32,000 nt of DNA from Pyrodictium abyssi (GCF_036323395.1 NZ_AP028907.1:629588-661587), one strand, 5' to 3'. Counted from the first letter of the stretch, positions 23,224 to 30,982 are shown. Translations and numbers: made by a program. Notes: generated by a model not told the origin, from the sequence alone.

Positions 23224-24018
23224 GTGGCTGGCGCGGTGGACCGGAGGGCTCTCGGGGAGGCGCTGCTGGAGCTGCTTGAGGAGGACCGGGAGTTCCGCCA
23301 CGCTGTGATGGGGCTGCTGGGCTACCGCGAGGTACTGGAGAGGATAACCAGGCTTGAGGAGCGGTTCGCGAGACTAGAGGAGAGGTTCGCCAAGCTGGAG
23401 GAGGAGTTCCTGGAGCTGCGGAGGGCCCAGCAACGCCTCGAAGAGAGGCAGCAGCGCCTAGAGGAGAGGTTCCAGAAGCTAGAAGAAAGATTCGCAGAGC
23501 TAGAGGAGCACTTTGCCCGGCTGGAGGAGCGCTTCGCCAAGCTGGAGGAGGAGTTCCAGAAGCTAGAGGAGAGGCAGCAGCGCCTAGAGGAGAGGATGGC
23601 TAGGCTAGAGGAGGAGATGAGGGAGACGCGGAGGGTGCTGAACACGATCGCGCACAGGTTCGGGCTGCTCACGGAGACGGGGTTCCGCGAGGCCATGCGG
23701 TACGTGGTCGAGGAGGCTCTCGGCGCCGCCCGGGTCGAGAGGCTCTCCCTCCGGGACGAGGAGGGCCTAGTCTACGGCTACCCCGCCACCGTGGACATAG
23801 ACCTGGTGGTGAGGGACGGGGAGCACATAATCGTCGAGGTCAAGTCCAGGGTGGACCCGGGGGACGTGGCGGTCCTCGCCCGCAAGGCCAGGCTCTACGA
23901 GAGGGAGACCGGCACCAGGCCCCGGGCAGTGATACTGGGCGGCTACGTGGCCCCCTCGGCCTACGAGGCCGCAGCCCGGCTGGGCGTCACGGTCAGGCCC
24001 TACCTCAGGGAGGACTAA
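23224..24018 (+). CDS. Coiled-coil protein with C-terminal PD-(D/E)XK nuclease-fold domain
   Basis: GTG start. An approximately 90-aa heptad array (LEERFAKLEEEF...) is followed by ...ATVDIDLVVRDGEHIIVEVKSRV, the canonical D...E-x-K core. Confidence 0.65.
   Translation: MAGAVDRRALGEALLELLEEDREFRHAVMGLLGYREVLERITRLEERFARLEERFAKLEEEFLELRRAQQRLEERQQRLEERFQKLEERFAELEEHFARLEERFAKLEEEFQKLEERQQRLEERMARLEEEMRETRRVLNTIAHRFGLLTETGFREAMRYVVEEALGAARVERLSLRDEEGLVYGYPATVDIDLVVRDGEHIIVEVKSRVDPGDVAVLARKARLYERETGTRPRAVILGGYVAPSAYEAAARLGVTVRPYLRED
23344..23619 (+). repeat. In-frame 21-nt (heptad) tandem periodicity with an internal duplication of about 147 nt
   Basis: RLEERFAKLEEEF(L/Q)...QQRLEER occurs twice, at aa 50-78 and aa 99-124 of the 264-aa protein. 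Confidence 0.85.
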
Positions 24019-24075
24019 GCCCCCAGCGCCAGGATGCTATAGCTACGCTTATCCCTCTCCCCATCTCCTCTAGCG

Positions 24076-24747
24076 TTGTGGTGGAGAGGGGCCCCTACTG
24101 TGTCCCTGATAAGCCGGCTGCTGGAGGAGATGGACCGGGAGCCCGGGGAGGCCCGGAGGCTCGCAAGGAGGCTAGCCTCCGACATAGCCTCGGAGGAGAC
24201 GCTGCGCTCACTACTCCTAGAGGCCGTGGTCCGGGAGACGGCTACCAGGGAGGACCTGGAGCGGCTCGGAGACAGGCTAGAGGGGAGGATAGAAGCCCTA
24301 CACGGGGAGATGAAGACACTAGCCGCCAGGGACGAGCTGAGGGCGGAGGTACAGAGGCTGGAGGAGAGGATAGCAGGGGTAGAACAGAAGATAGAAGCCC
24401 TACGCGGAGAACTGGCGGAGACCAGGGAGAGGATGGCGACCAAGGAGGAGCTGGAGAAGCTGCGCGGGGAGATGAAGACGCTGGCATCGGAGGAGAGAGT
24501 GGCAAGGATAGAGGAGAGGATAGCAGGGGTAGAGCAGAGGATGGCGACACGGGAGGAGCTGTACGCCGTGAGGGAGGAGCTACGCGGGGAGATCCACCGT
24601 ACACGGGAGGAGCTACGGGCAGAGATAAGCCGGCTCCACAGCCGCCTCGACACCCTAGTCAAGTGGACCATAGGCCTACTCGTAACAGTCTGGGCAGCAA
24701 CACTAGCCGCAATGCTCACAGCACTAAGGCTACTAGCAGGAGGCTAG
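24076..24747 (+). CDS. Tail-anchored coiled-coil protein (DUF1640/CCDC90-like architecture), paralogue 1
   Basis: Repeated ATxEEL/ATREDL-initiated helical segments with an internal duplication: 24361-24390 versus 24511-24540 are 28/30 identical. C-terminal TM LVKWTIGLLVTVWAATLAAMLTALRLL. Start is TTG 24076 or GTG 24100. Confidence 0.7.
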   Translation: MWWRGAPTVSLISRLLEEMDREPGEARRLARRLASDIASEETLRSLLLEAVVRETATREDLERLGDRLEGRIEALHGEMKTLAARDELRAEVQRLEERIAGVEQKIEALRGELAETRERMATKEELEKLRGEMKTLASEERVARIEERIAGVEQRMATREELYAVREELRGEIHRTREELRAEISRLHSRLDTLVKWTIGLLVTVWAATLAAMLTALRLLAGG

Positions 24748-24861
24748 CCCCAGGAACACCCCCGTGCTTCTCTAAGGCGCTGACTCCGACGCCCCCAGCC
24801 CGAGCAGAACAAGGCCGTAGAAGAACCAAGAGGGGCCCAGAACCCCCCAGGAGGGGGAGGG

Positions 24862-24875
24862 GAAGGAAAAAGGCG
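24862..24875 (-). terminator. Oligo-T terminator candidate for the 389-aa gene
   Basis: A5 at 24867-24871 on the + strand. The - strand reads CCGCCTTTTTCCTTCCCCTCCCCC, 42 nt past the stop at 24913. Confidence 0.4.
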
Positions 24876-24912
24876 GTGTCTCTCGGGGGCCTCGGGCTGC
24901 CGCCCCCGCCGG

Positions 24913-26082
24913 CTAGCTGGTCTCCAGCACCTCTGCGTTGATGACTAGTGGTAGGCTGTCGAAGAGCACGCCCTCCAAGCCCTCGTAGAACACGGTGACA
25001 CCGTAGACAGCGGCGCGGCCGCCGTCAACCTTCCAGCTGTCCTCGTCAACCACCAGAGTATCCTCGGGCTGCCACCAGCCACTAGCCCGGTCAAAGCCTA
25101 AGGTGGCGCGAATATTGCCAAGCACAAGCACCGGATAGAGGCTACTCATGTACTCCTGAGCCTCAACTCTATCATAGACACCGTTTGTGTCGGTATCATA
25201 CCATGTCACATTCCACATCATGGTGAAGAGCACATTGCCTTCTTTATCAATGAACTCCAGTATCAATGTATAGTTGGTAGCTGCTATATCAGGCCATGTC
25301 CCTCCATCACTAACCTCGGCTATATATAAGCTTTCGTTCTCATAACTATCCCAGAAGAAGACACTAGGGTTATTATCGTAGAATATCCTTATGCTATAGT
25401 TTCCGTTGGGGTGTACAGGCTTCACTGAGAACCATAAACCCCGCTCAACAATATCATCAAGGCTTAAGTCTTCTACTAGTACTCGCCGACCGGGATTAGT
25501 TTCTGTGTTATTTATTAACGTCAGGTTAACATGGGCAACTTCTCCTAACAGCCTCCATGCAAATGCCGTAACGTTGACTCCTTCAGAAGCGTAGTTTGCT
25601 GAAACGTCGTAGATTTTCCCCGCCAATGTTGCGCTGTCTAGCGCATATCTGCCAAGGTTGTCAGGAGCACTTTCACTATCATTATCACTAGTCTCGATTC
25701 TCGGCGGGAGTTCCTCAAAGGGCGTTGGCCCTTTCCACTCCTCGTGTGCTTCCCGTATCTGTATGATGAGGTATCTGTAGTACTGTGCTAGCTGCTTGAT
25801 GTTCTCTAGCTCTAGGCGTATCTTTGTGGTGTTTACGTCGTTGTACCGTATGAGCTTGAGCCAGCTTGTCTCCTCTAGCTTGCCCTGTGCCCCCGCAGCA
25901 GGGCTTATGACGAGGTCCTTGAGCACCTGTAGGTCCACCGGCTCGCTAGTCGCCGCGCCGCCGCCGAGCCCGAGGAAGCCTGCTAGAGGGCTCCCCGTGG
26001 TGGCGAAGCCGGTTAGGAGGGCGAGGGCGGCAGCCGAGGCCACAACAGCCAGGAGAGCGAGAGTCTCGCGGCGGAGGCTCAC
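24913..26082 (-). CDS. Secreted Can-like family protein with large central insert (389 aa)
   Basis: GTG start. Leader MSLRRETLALLAVVASAAALALLTGFATTGSPLAGF, then SPAAGAQG, ELENIKQLAQYYRYLIIQIREA, and a C-terminal VFYEGLEGVLFDSLPLVINAEVLETS-stop. The central insert of about 230 aa is AT-rich and rich in N-x-S/T sequons. Confidence 0.85.
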   Translation of the reverse strand: MSLRRETLALLAVVASAAALALLTGFATTGSPLAGFLGLGGGAATSEPVDLQVLKDLVISPAAGAQGKLEETSWLKLIRYNDVNTTKIRLELENIKQLAQYYRYLIIQIREAHEEWKGPTPFEELPPRIETSDNDSESAPDNLGRYALDSATLAGKIYDVSANYASEGVNVTAFAWRLLGEVAHVNLTLINNTETNPGRRVLVEDLSLDDIVERGLWFSVKPVHPNGNYSIRIFYDNNPSVFFWDSYENESLYIAEVSDGGTWPDIAATNYTLILEFIDKEGNVLFTMMWNVTWYDTDTNGVYDRVEAQEYMSSLYPVLVLGNIRATLGFDRASGWWQPEDTLVVDEDSWKVDGGRAAVYGVTVFYEGLEGVLFDSLPLVINAEVLETS

Positions 26083-26427
26083 CTCTGGTGCACCCCGTCT
26101 TCTGGGGCTGTGTTGCCGAGTTCCTTGAGGCTACTGCTGTGTGGGATTATGTGGCGGGGCTGTATTAATAGTGTATTGTTCGTGGGCGGGGGTGTATGGC
26201 CCTGGCCCGGGTTGTACCCGGTTTGGGCCGCTGGGGTTGATACCCTCGCTCGTGTCCTAGTGTCTCTCCGGGGGCCCGGGGGCTTGGCTGGTGAGCTAGA
26301 GGTTGCTGGGGCAGAGGAGGCCAGGGAGCTGCGCCGGAGGATGGCCGACTGGAGGTTCATAGAGGAGCAGCCCCGCGGATATGGGAGGCGCTCAAATACT
26401 ACGTGGAGCCCGGGTCCCCGTCGTGGT

Positions 26428-27177
26428 CTAGGGGGGCGCTGGATGCGCCGGCTGCTGGAGCACCATCTTGAGCAGCAGGCCTATGATGCCCAGGAGTATG
26501 GGCAGGTTGAACACCACGAAGAGCTTCGCGAGGAGGTCTAGCTTCGCCTCAACCCTCGCCAGCCTCTCCTCTAGCCGGGAGACCTCCCGGCGTAGCTCCT
26601 CCTTCGTGGCCAGCCTGGCTATCTCCGCCCGTAGCTCCTCCCGTGTCGCCATCCTCTCCAGCTTCTCTTCTAGCCTCGCTATCTCTCTCTGTAGCTCCTC
26701 CCGGGCGGCCATCCTCTGCTCTATCCCCTCTAGCCTCTCCTCTAGCCGGCGTATCTCCCCGCGTAGCTCATCCCTCACAGCGTAGAGCTCCTCCCTGGTT
26801 GCTAGGGCCCGTGTCTTTTCCTCGAGCTGGCTCCGGGTGGCGAGCCTCTTCATCCCCTCCTCAAGCCGGGCCACCTCCGCCCGTAGCTCTTCGCGGGTAG
26901 CGAGCTTCCCTATTTCCCCGCGTAGCTTTTCTAGCTCCTCCTTGGTGGCTAGGGCCTTCACCTCGCCCCGGAGCGTCTCCACGCGCTCCTCTACAGCGTG
27001 TATCCTCTCCCCGAGCCTCACCAGCTCCTCTCTGACCCCGGCCACGTCGCGGCGCAGAAGCTCCACGTCGCCCCGGGTCGCCGACTCCCGGGCAACCGCG
27101 AGCAGTAGCGCCCGCCGGAGCCGCCGGTCCCCGAGAAGCTTCTCAACCACAGCGTCCACGTCTACAGGCTGGGACAA
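26428..27177 (-). CDS. Tail-anchored coiled-coil protein, paralogue 2 (249 aa)
   Basis: Shares LATREELYAVRDELRGEI and repeated ATKEEL/ATREEL segments with 24076-24747. C-terminal TM LFVVFNLPILLGIIGLLLKMVL. Confidence 0.75.
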   Translation of the reverse strand: MSQPVDVDAVVEKLLGDRRLRRALLLAVARESATRGDVELLRRDVAGVREELVRLGERIHAVEERVETLRGEVKALATKEELEKLRGEIGKLATREELRAEVARLEEGMKRLATRSQLEEKTRALATREELYAVRDELRGEIRRLEERLEGIEQRMAAREELQREIARLEEKLERMATREELRAEIARLATKEELRREVSRLEERLARVEAKLDLLAKLFVVFNLPILLGIIGLLLKMVLQQPAHPAPP

Positions 27178-27212
27178 GAGAAGGCCCTAGAAGAGGGTAC
27201 GCGGCGGACGGC

Positions 27213-27220
27213 GCTATAAA
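27213..27220 (-). promoter_or_regulatory. TATA box for the 249-aa coiled-coil gene
   Basis: The - strand reads CTTTATAG, centred about 40 nt upstream of ATG 27177. Confidence 0.45.
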
Positions 27221-27223
27221 GGG

Positions 27224-28960
27224 TTACGAGCCTATGGGCTGAAGGGTGGACCCCGTGCTGCCCTGCAGCTCCTCTACGAGTATGCTGCGTAGCTGTGCTC
27301 GTAGCTTCTTCTTGTCTATCTTGCCGACGCTTGTCCTCGGGAGCTCCCTGACTAGTACCACCTTGTCGGGTAGCCACCACTTGGGTATGGCTCCTTTCTC
27401 CACGTAGTTCTCCATGAGGTAGCGCCTTATCTCCTCGGTTGTGGGCTCATCCTTGCAGCCGGGCTTGGGGACTATTGCTGCTACTGGGCGTTCCTGCCAC
27501 TTGGGGTGATAGGCTGCCACGACTGCTACCTCTGCTACGCAGGGGTGCCTGCTTATCGCGTCCTCTAGCCTGGTGGAGCTTATCCACTCGCCGCCGCTCT
27601 TGATTATGTCCTTCTCGCGGTCTACTATCTCTATGCTGCCGTCGGGGTGCCAGACGGCTATGTCGCCGGTGTGGAACCAGCCGCCGCGCCACGCTTTCTC
27701 GGTCTTCTCGGGGTCCATGTAGTACTCGGGCGTCACCCAGGGCGCCCGGACGACCACCTCGCCCATTGTCTTGCCGTCGCGGGGCACGGGGTTCATGTCC
27801 TCGTCCACCACCCGTACCTCCACGAGGGGAACTGGCCAGCCGGTGCGGAGCGCGTAGTCGAGCCACCGCTCCCCGGCGTCGCTTAGCCCCGCGTGCGGCA
27901 GGGCTAGGGTGAGCACCGGGGCTGTCTCGGTCATGCCGTAGCCCACGATCACCCGTATCCCGCGGCGTGTCGCCTGCTCTGCGAGGCCGCGGGGGAGCGC
28001 TGAGCCGCCGTTGATGAAGGTGAGCCGGCTGAGGTCGTAGCGCTCGGAGTCGGGGTGGCTGAGCAGCATGTAGAGAATGGTAGGCACACCGGCTGTTAGC
28101 GTGACCTGCTCCTCGTCTATGAGGCGTAGGAGCACGCCGGGGTCGAGCTTGTTGGGGAAGACCTGGCGCATGCCTACGAGGGTCGCTAGGTAGGGGAGCC
28201 CCCAGCTGTACACGTGGAACATGGGGACTATGTGGAGTATCGTGTCCCCGCTGCTTATCCGGAACCAAGGCGACGCCGTGGCGAGGTGGAGCGCGGCACT
28301 CATCACGTGGAGCACTATCATCCGGTGGCTGTGGTAGGCCCCCTTCGGGAGCCCCGTGGTCCCGCTAGTGTAGCCCATCGCGGCGGGCTGGTTCTCGTCC
28401 AGCTCGGGCCACTCGTAGCCGCCCCGGTGCTCCCTCACGAGGTCCTCGTAGTTGTAGACGGGGCGGCCTGCTAGCCGGTCTGGGTGCGACTCCGCGTCCA
28501 CGACCACTACGGCCCGGAGCTGGTCCAGATGCGGGGCCACGGCCTCGATGAGGGGCAGGAAGTCCCGGTGGACTATGGCTACACGGTCCCCCGCCTGCCC
28601 CATTATGTAGGCTATCTCGCTGGGCGCGAGCCGTATGTTGACCGGGTGCAGCACAGCCCCCATCATGGGGACCGCTAGGTAGGCCTCGTAGTGCCAGTGC
28701 GTGTTCCAGTCGAGCGTGGCCACGGGGTCGAGGCGGCCCACTCCAAGCGCCTCTAGGGCGGCTGCGAGGGCCTTCATCCTCTCCGCGGCCCGGGAGAACG
28801 TGTACCTCTCCACGCCGCGGCTGGTGCGGTAGACTATCTCCACCCCGGGGAAGAGGCTCAGCGCGCGCTCGTAGAATGCTCGGAGGGTGAGGCTGTGGCC
28901 GGGCCTCCAGGGTACGCGTTCGGGGAGCCCCGGGAAGGCGGACCACCAGAATCCCACCAC
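27224..28960 (-). CDS. AMP-forming acyl-CoA synthetase (medium/long-chain fatty-acid--CoA ligase family)
   Basis: AMP-binding motif MGYTSGTTGLPKGAYHSH, plus VGYGMTET, WFHTGDIAVW...DREKDIIKSGGEWISS, and a C-terminal ...RTSVGKIDKKKLR. Confidence 0.9.
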   Translation of the reverse strand: MVGFWWSAFPGLPERVPWRPGHSLTLRAFYERALSLFPGVEIVYRTSRGVERYTFSRAAERMKALAAALEALGVGRLDPVATLDWNTHWHYEAYLAVPMMGAVLHPVNIRLAPSEIAYIMGQAGDRVAIVHRDFLPLIEAVAPHLDQLRAVVVVDAESHPDRLAGRPVYNYEDLVREHRGGYEWPELDENQPAAMGYTSGTTGLPKGAYHSHRMIVLHVMSAALHLATASPWFRISSGDTILHIVPMFHVYSWGLPYLATLVGMRQVFPNKLDPGVLLRLIDEEQVTLTAGVPTILYMLLSHPDSERYDLSRLTFINGGSALPRGLAEQATRRGIRVIVGYGMTETAPVLTLALPHAGLSDAGERWLDYALRTGWPVPLVEVRVVDEDMNPVPRDGKTMGEVVVRAPWVTPEYYMDPEKTEKAWRGGWFHTGDIAVWHPDGSIEIVDREKDIIKSGGEWISSTRLEDAISRHPCVAEVAVVAAYHPKWQERPVAAIVPKPGCKDEPTTEEIRRYLMENYVEKGAIPKWWLPDKVVLVRELPRTSVGKIDKKKLRAQLRSILVEELQGSTGSTLQPIGS

Positions 28961-29060
28961 GCTACGGCGATACTATTTAACGCTTCCATACCACTGTATC
29001 GAGCACGACAGAAAGCTCTAGAGGACGGTGGAACAGTGTAGCCGGGGCATAGCCCCGGGG

Positions 29061-30104
29061 CTAGAGTATGGAGGAGAGGGTGTAGCTGGGCATGTGCCGC
29101 TTCTCGCCCGGGTCTACGACGAATATGTGGTAGAAGGCCTCCACTATGTCGTCGCCTAGGCCGCGCCAGAGCTTGCTGAGCTCGAGGTACTCCTGCTGGT
29201 CCAGGTAGCCCTGGTCAGCCATGCTCAGCGGGGGCCAGCCGCCGGGGTAGCCGCGCTCCGCCTCGGCCTCGACGATCTCGCGCCAGTGGCCACCGGTGAG
29301 CATGGGGAGGCCGTGGAACGGGCTAAGCCCCGTGTAGACGATCGCTACGAGCTGTAGCCCGTACCAGGTCGGGGCCCAGGCTATCCAGGAGAGGACGGGC
29401 CGGGGCAGCTGGGAGACTATGAGGGGTATGGGGAGCTCGCCGGGGTCCGGGGGCTCGAGCTCTACGCCTATCTCGCTGAGGGCCTCGACGGGGAGGAGGT
29501 GTGCGTCGCGGGCGGGTAGGACTGTGAGCGGGTAGTCCTCCGAGCCTATTATCCCCGCGGTCTCGTAGTCGTAGAGGAAGACCCCGGTGACCCCGTCCAC
29601 GGTCCCGTAGGCCGCGTTAGCCGTGGTCGTGTCTACGTGGGCTATGTCGGCGGCGTCTAGGCATGCGAGGCCTCTTAGCACCTCGCGGGCGAACTCCCTC
29701 CTCTCCTCGTCGCTGTGCTTCTCCAGGTACTCGCCGAGCAGCTCCGGGTCGTTGATCAGCTCCGAGACAGTGGTGAAGCCCTCTAGCTCGCGGAAGACTA
29801 GCACCGCGCGGTCCTCTAGCGCGCCCACCGCTACGGGTAGGCCGCGGAGCCGGAGGCTGTCCGGGAGCACGCGGCCGCACTTGCGGCGGAGCCTGGTGAG
29901 CCGGCGGAGCATTTCGGCTATACGCTCTATGGGCTTGGCCAGACCCGTGTACTTGGGCGTGTAGACCTTGAGGATGTAGCTCTTGCCGCCGCGGAGCCGG
30001 GCCCGGTATATGTCGGCCTCGCCGCCGCTGTCGAGGAGCTCCCACTCGCCGCTACTAGTGTCCACGACCCAGCCGTCGTAGAAGACCAGGGTGACCTTGC
30101 TCAT
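29061..30104 (-). CDS. Atypical protein kinase-like protein (RIO/Bud32-like N-terminal domain plus unknown C-terminal domain)
   Basis: G-loop/Lys region DSGGEADIYRARLRGGKSYILKVY, catalytic-loop-like IAHVDTTTANAAY (H-x-D-x4-N) and metal-binding-like FLYDYETAG. The ATG 30104 start is preferred because GGAGGGAGGAG lies about 10 nt upstream and the longer ORF overlaps the vWA gene. Confidence 0.55.
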   Translation of the reverse strand: MSKVTLVFYDGWVVDTSSGEWELLDSGGEADIYRARLRGGKSYILKVYTPKYTGLAKPIERIAEMLRRLTRLRRKCGRVLPDSLRLRGLPVAVGALEDRAVLVFRELEGFTTVSELINDPELLGEYLEKHSDEERREFAREVLRGLACLDAADIAHVDTTTANAAYGTVDGVTGVFLYDYETAGIIGSEDYPLTVLPARDAHLLPVEALSEIGVELEPPDPGELPIPLIVSQLPRPVLSWIAWAPTWYGLQLVAIVYTGLSPFHGLPMLTGGHWREIVEAEAERGYPGGWPPLSMADQGYLDQQEYLELSKLWRGLGDDIVEAFYHIFVVDPGEKRHMPSYTLSSIL

Positions 30105-30130
30105 GGGGCGCCGCTCCTCCCTCCGCGGGC

Positions 30131-30922
30131 CTAGACCGTGGCTGTCTCGCTCAGCCTCTCGACGAACCTGCGCACAGCCTCCTCCCACTCGCGGGATATC
30201 CTGTCGTCCGCCGGCGCGTCGATGAACATCTTCTCGTGGTACGGCGGGTCCACGAGGTCTATGAGGCCGCGCTCCTCTAGGACCCGGCGCTGGGCCTCCC
30301 GGAGGAAGCTCGCTATGTCGCGCAGCGTCTCCCGGTCCGCGTCCTGGCCCAGGGCTATGGTTGCTAGGCCTATACGGTTCCTCTCGTGAAGCCTCCTCAT
30401 CCTCTCCGCCAGGTCCATGGTTATCTTCTCCGCAGCCGCCACCACGTCGTCGACGCTCCTCTTGGTCTCCTTGCCGTCGGTGAAGAGGAATATGGTGCCG
30501 TACTTCTCCGGCGGCAGCGTCAGCTGGTTCACGTAGCGCTCCACCACGGAGGCGGCCGCCTCAAGCGCGTCGGCCATAGCGGTCATGCCGTAGGGCCGGT
30601 TCCTCTCGAGGCTCTGGCGGAACACCTCCAGGGCAACGTTCCGGGGGGACACGGGGAAGTAGACGCGGCCATCCTGCTCGACTATCTCCACGTCGTCGCT
30701 GTACCAGACGAAGCCAACCTGGAACGCGGGAGCCATCCTGCTGCGGCCGAGCCTCCGGAGAAGCATCTCCACGAGGTCTGCGAGGTGGAACCACTTCCCC
30801 CGGTAGTCGTAGGTCTTGGGCTCCATCATGCTAAGGGAGCGGTCTAGGATGAAGACGACCAGGACTGTGTAGCTGAGCGGGCGCCTACGCAGCAGCTGCA
30901 GCGCGAAAGACCGTGACACCAT
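30131..30922 (-). CDS. von Willebrand factor type A (vWA) domain protein with intact MIDAS
   Basis: VVFILDRSLSMM (D-x-S-x-S), GMTAMADAL (MIDAS Thr) and IFLFTDGKET (MIDAS Asp). Confidence 0.75.
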   Translation of the reverse strand: MVSRSFALQLLRRRPLSYTVLVVFILDRSLSMMEPKTYDYRGKWFHLADLVEMLLRRLGRSRMAPAFQVGFVWYSDDVEIVEQDGRVYFPVSPRNVALEVFRQSLERNRPYGMTAMADALEAAASVVERYVNQLTLPPEKYGTIFLFTDGKETKRSVDDVVAAAEKITMDLAERMRRLHERNRIGLATIALGQDADRETLRDIASFLREAQRRVLEERGLIDLVDPPYHEKMFIDAPADDRISREWEEAVRRFVERLSETATV

Positions 30923-30982
30923 GACCAGCCTCCACGAGTTCTACGGGTGGGTGCTCCCGGGGCCGCGCGGGCAGCGCGAGGG

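Noticed and set aside
22303-23308. Long Pro/Arg/Gly/Ala-rich ORFs antisense to or frame-shifted against the PP2C-like gene (22303-23301 minus strand, 22490-23308 plus strand). The same applies to similar shadow ORFs at 3648-4421, 8569-9081, 12242-12631, 27447-28268 and 28365-28946.
   Set aside because: These are typical stop-codon-poor alternative frames of very GC-rich coding DNA. Their translations are low-complexity and lack motifs. Each overlaps a gene with clear family motifs.
23344-23619. Regular short-period repeats here, and at about 24240-24640 and 26470-27100, considered as a possible CRISPR array or other non-coding array
   Set aside because: The period is 21 nt or multiples of it, the repeats are in frame, and they encode heptad coiled coils. 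There is no repeat-spacer organisation, and no cas genes are in the window.
24015-24941. ORFs 24015-24719 (minus), 24078-24941 (plus) and 24242-24604 (minus), plus 26468-26785, 26643-26900 and 26837-27190 (plus), all overlapping the coiled-coil genes
   Set aside because: GAG/GAA/CGG-rich coiled-coil coding sequence stays open in several frames and on both strands. The Ser/Arg- or Gly/Arg-rich translations are artefacts.
26083-26427. ORFs 26110-26541 (plus) and 26079-26360 (minus) in the 345-nt gap upstream of the 389-aa gene
   Set aside because: They overlap the flanking genes in antisense and have low-complexity translations with no recognisable motifs. The gap more likely holds the promoter and 5' UTR of the 389-aa gene; a gtattaatag element lies around 26160-26172.
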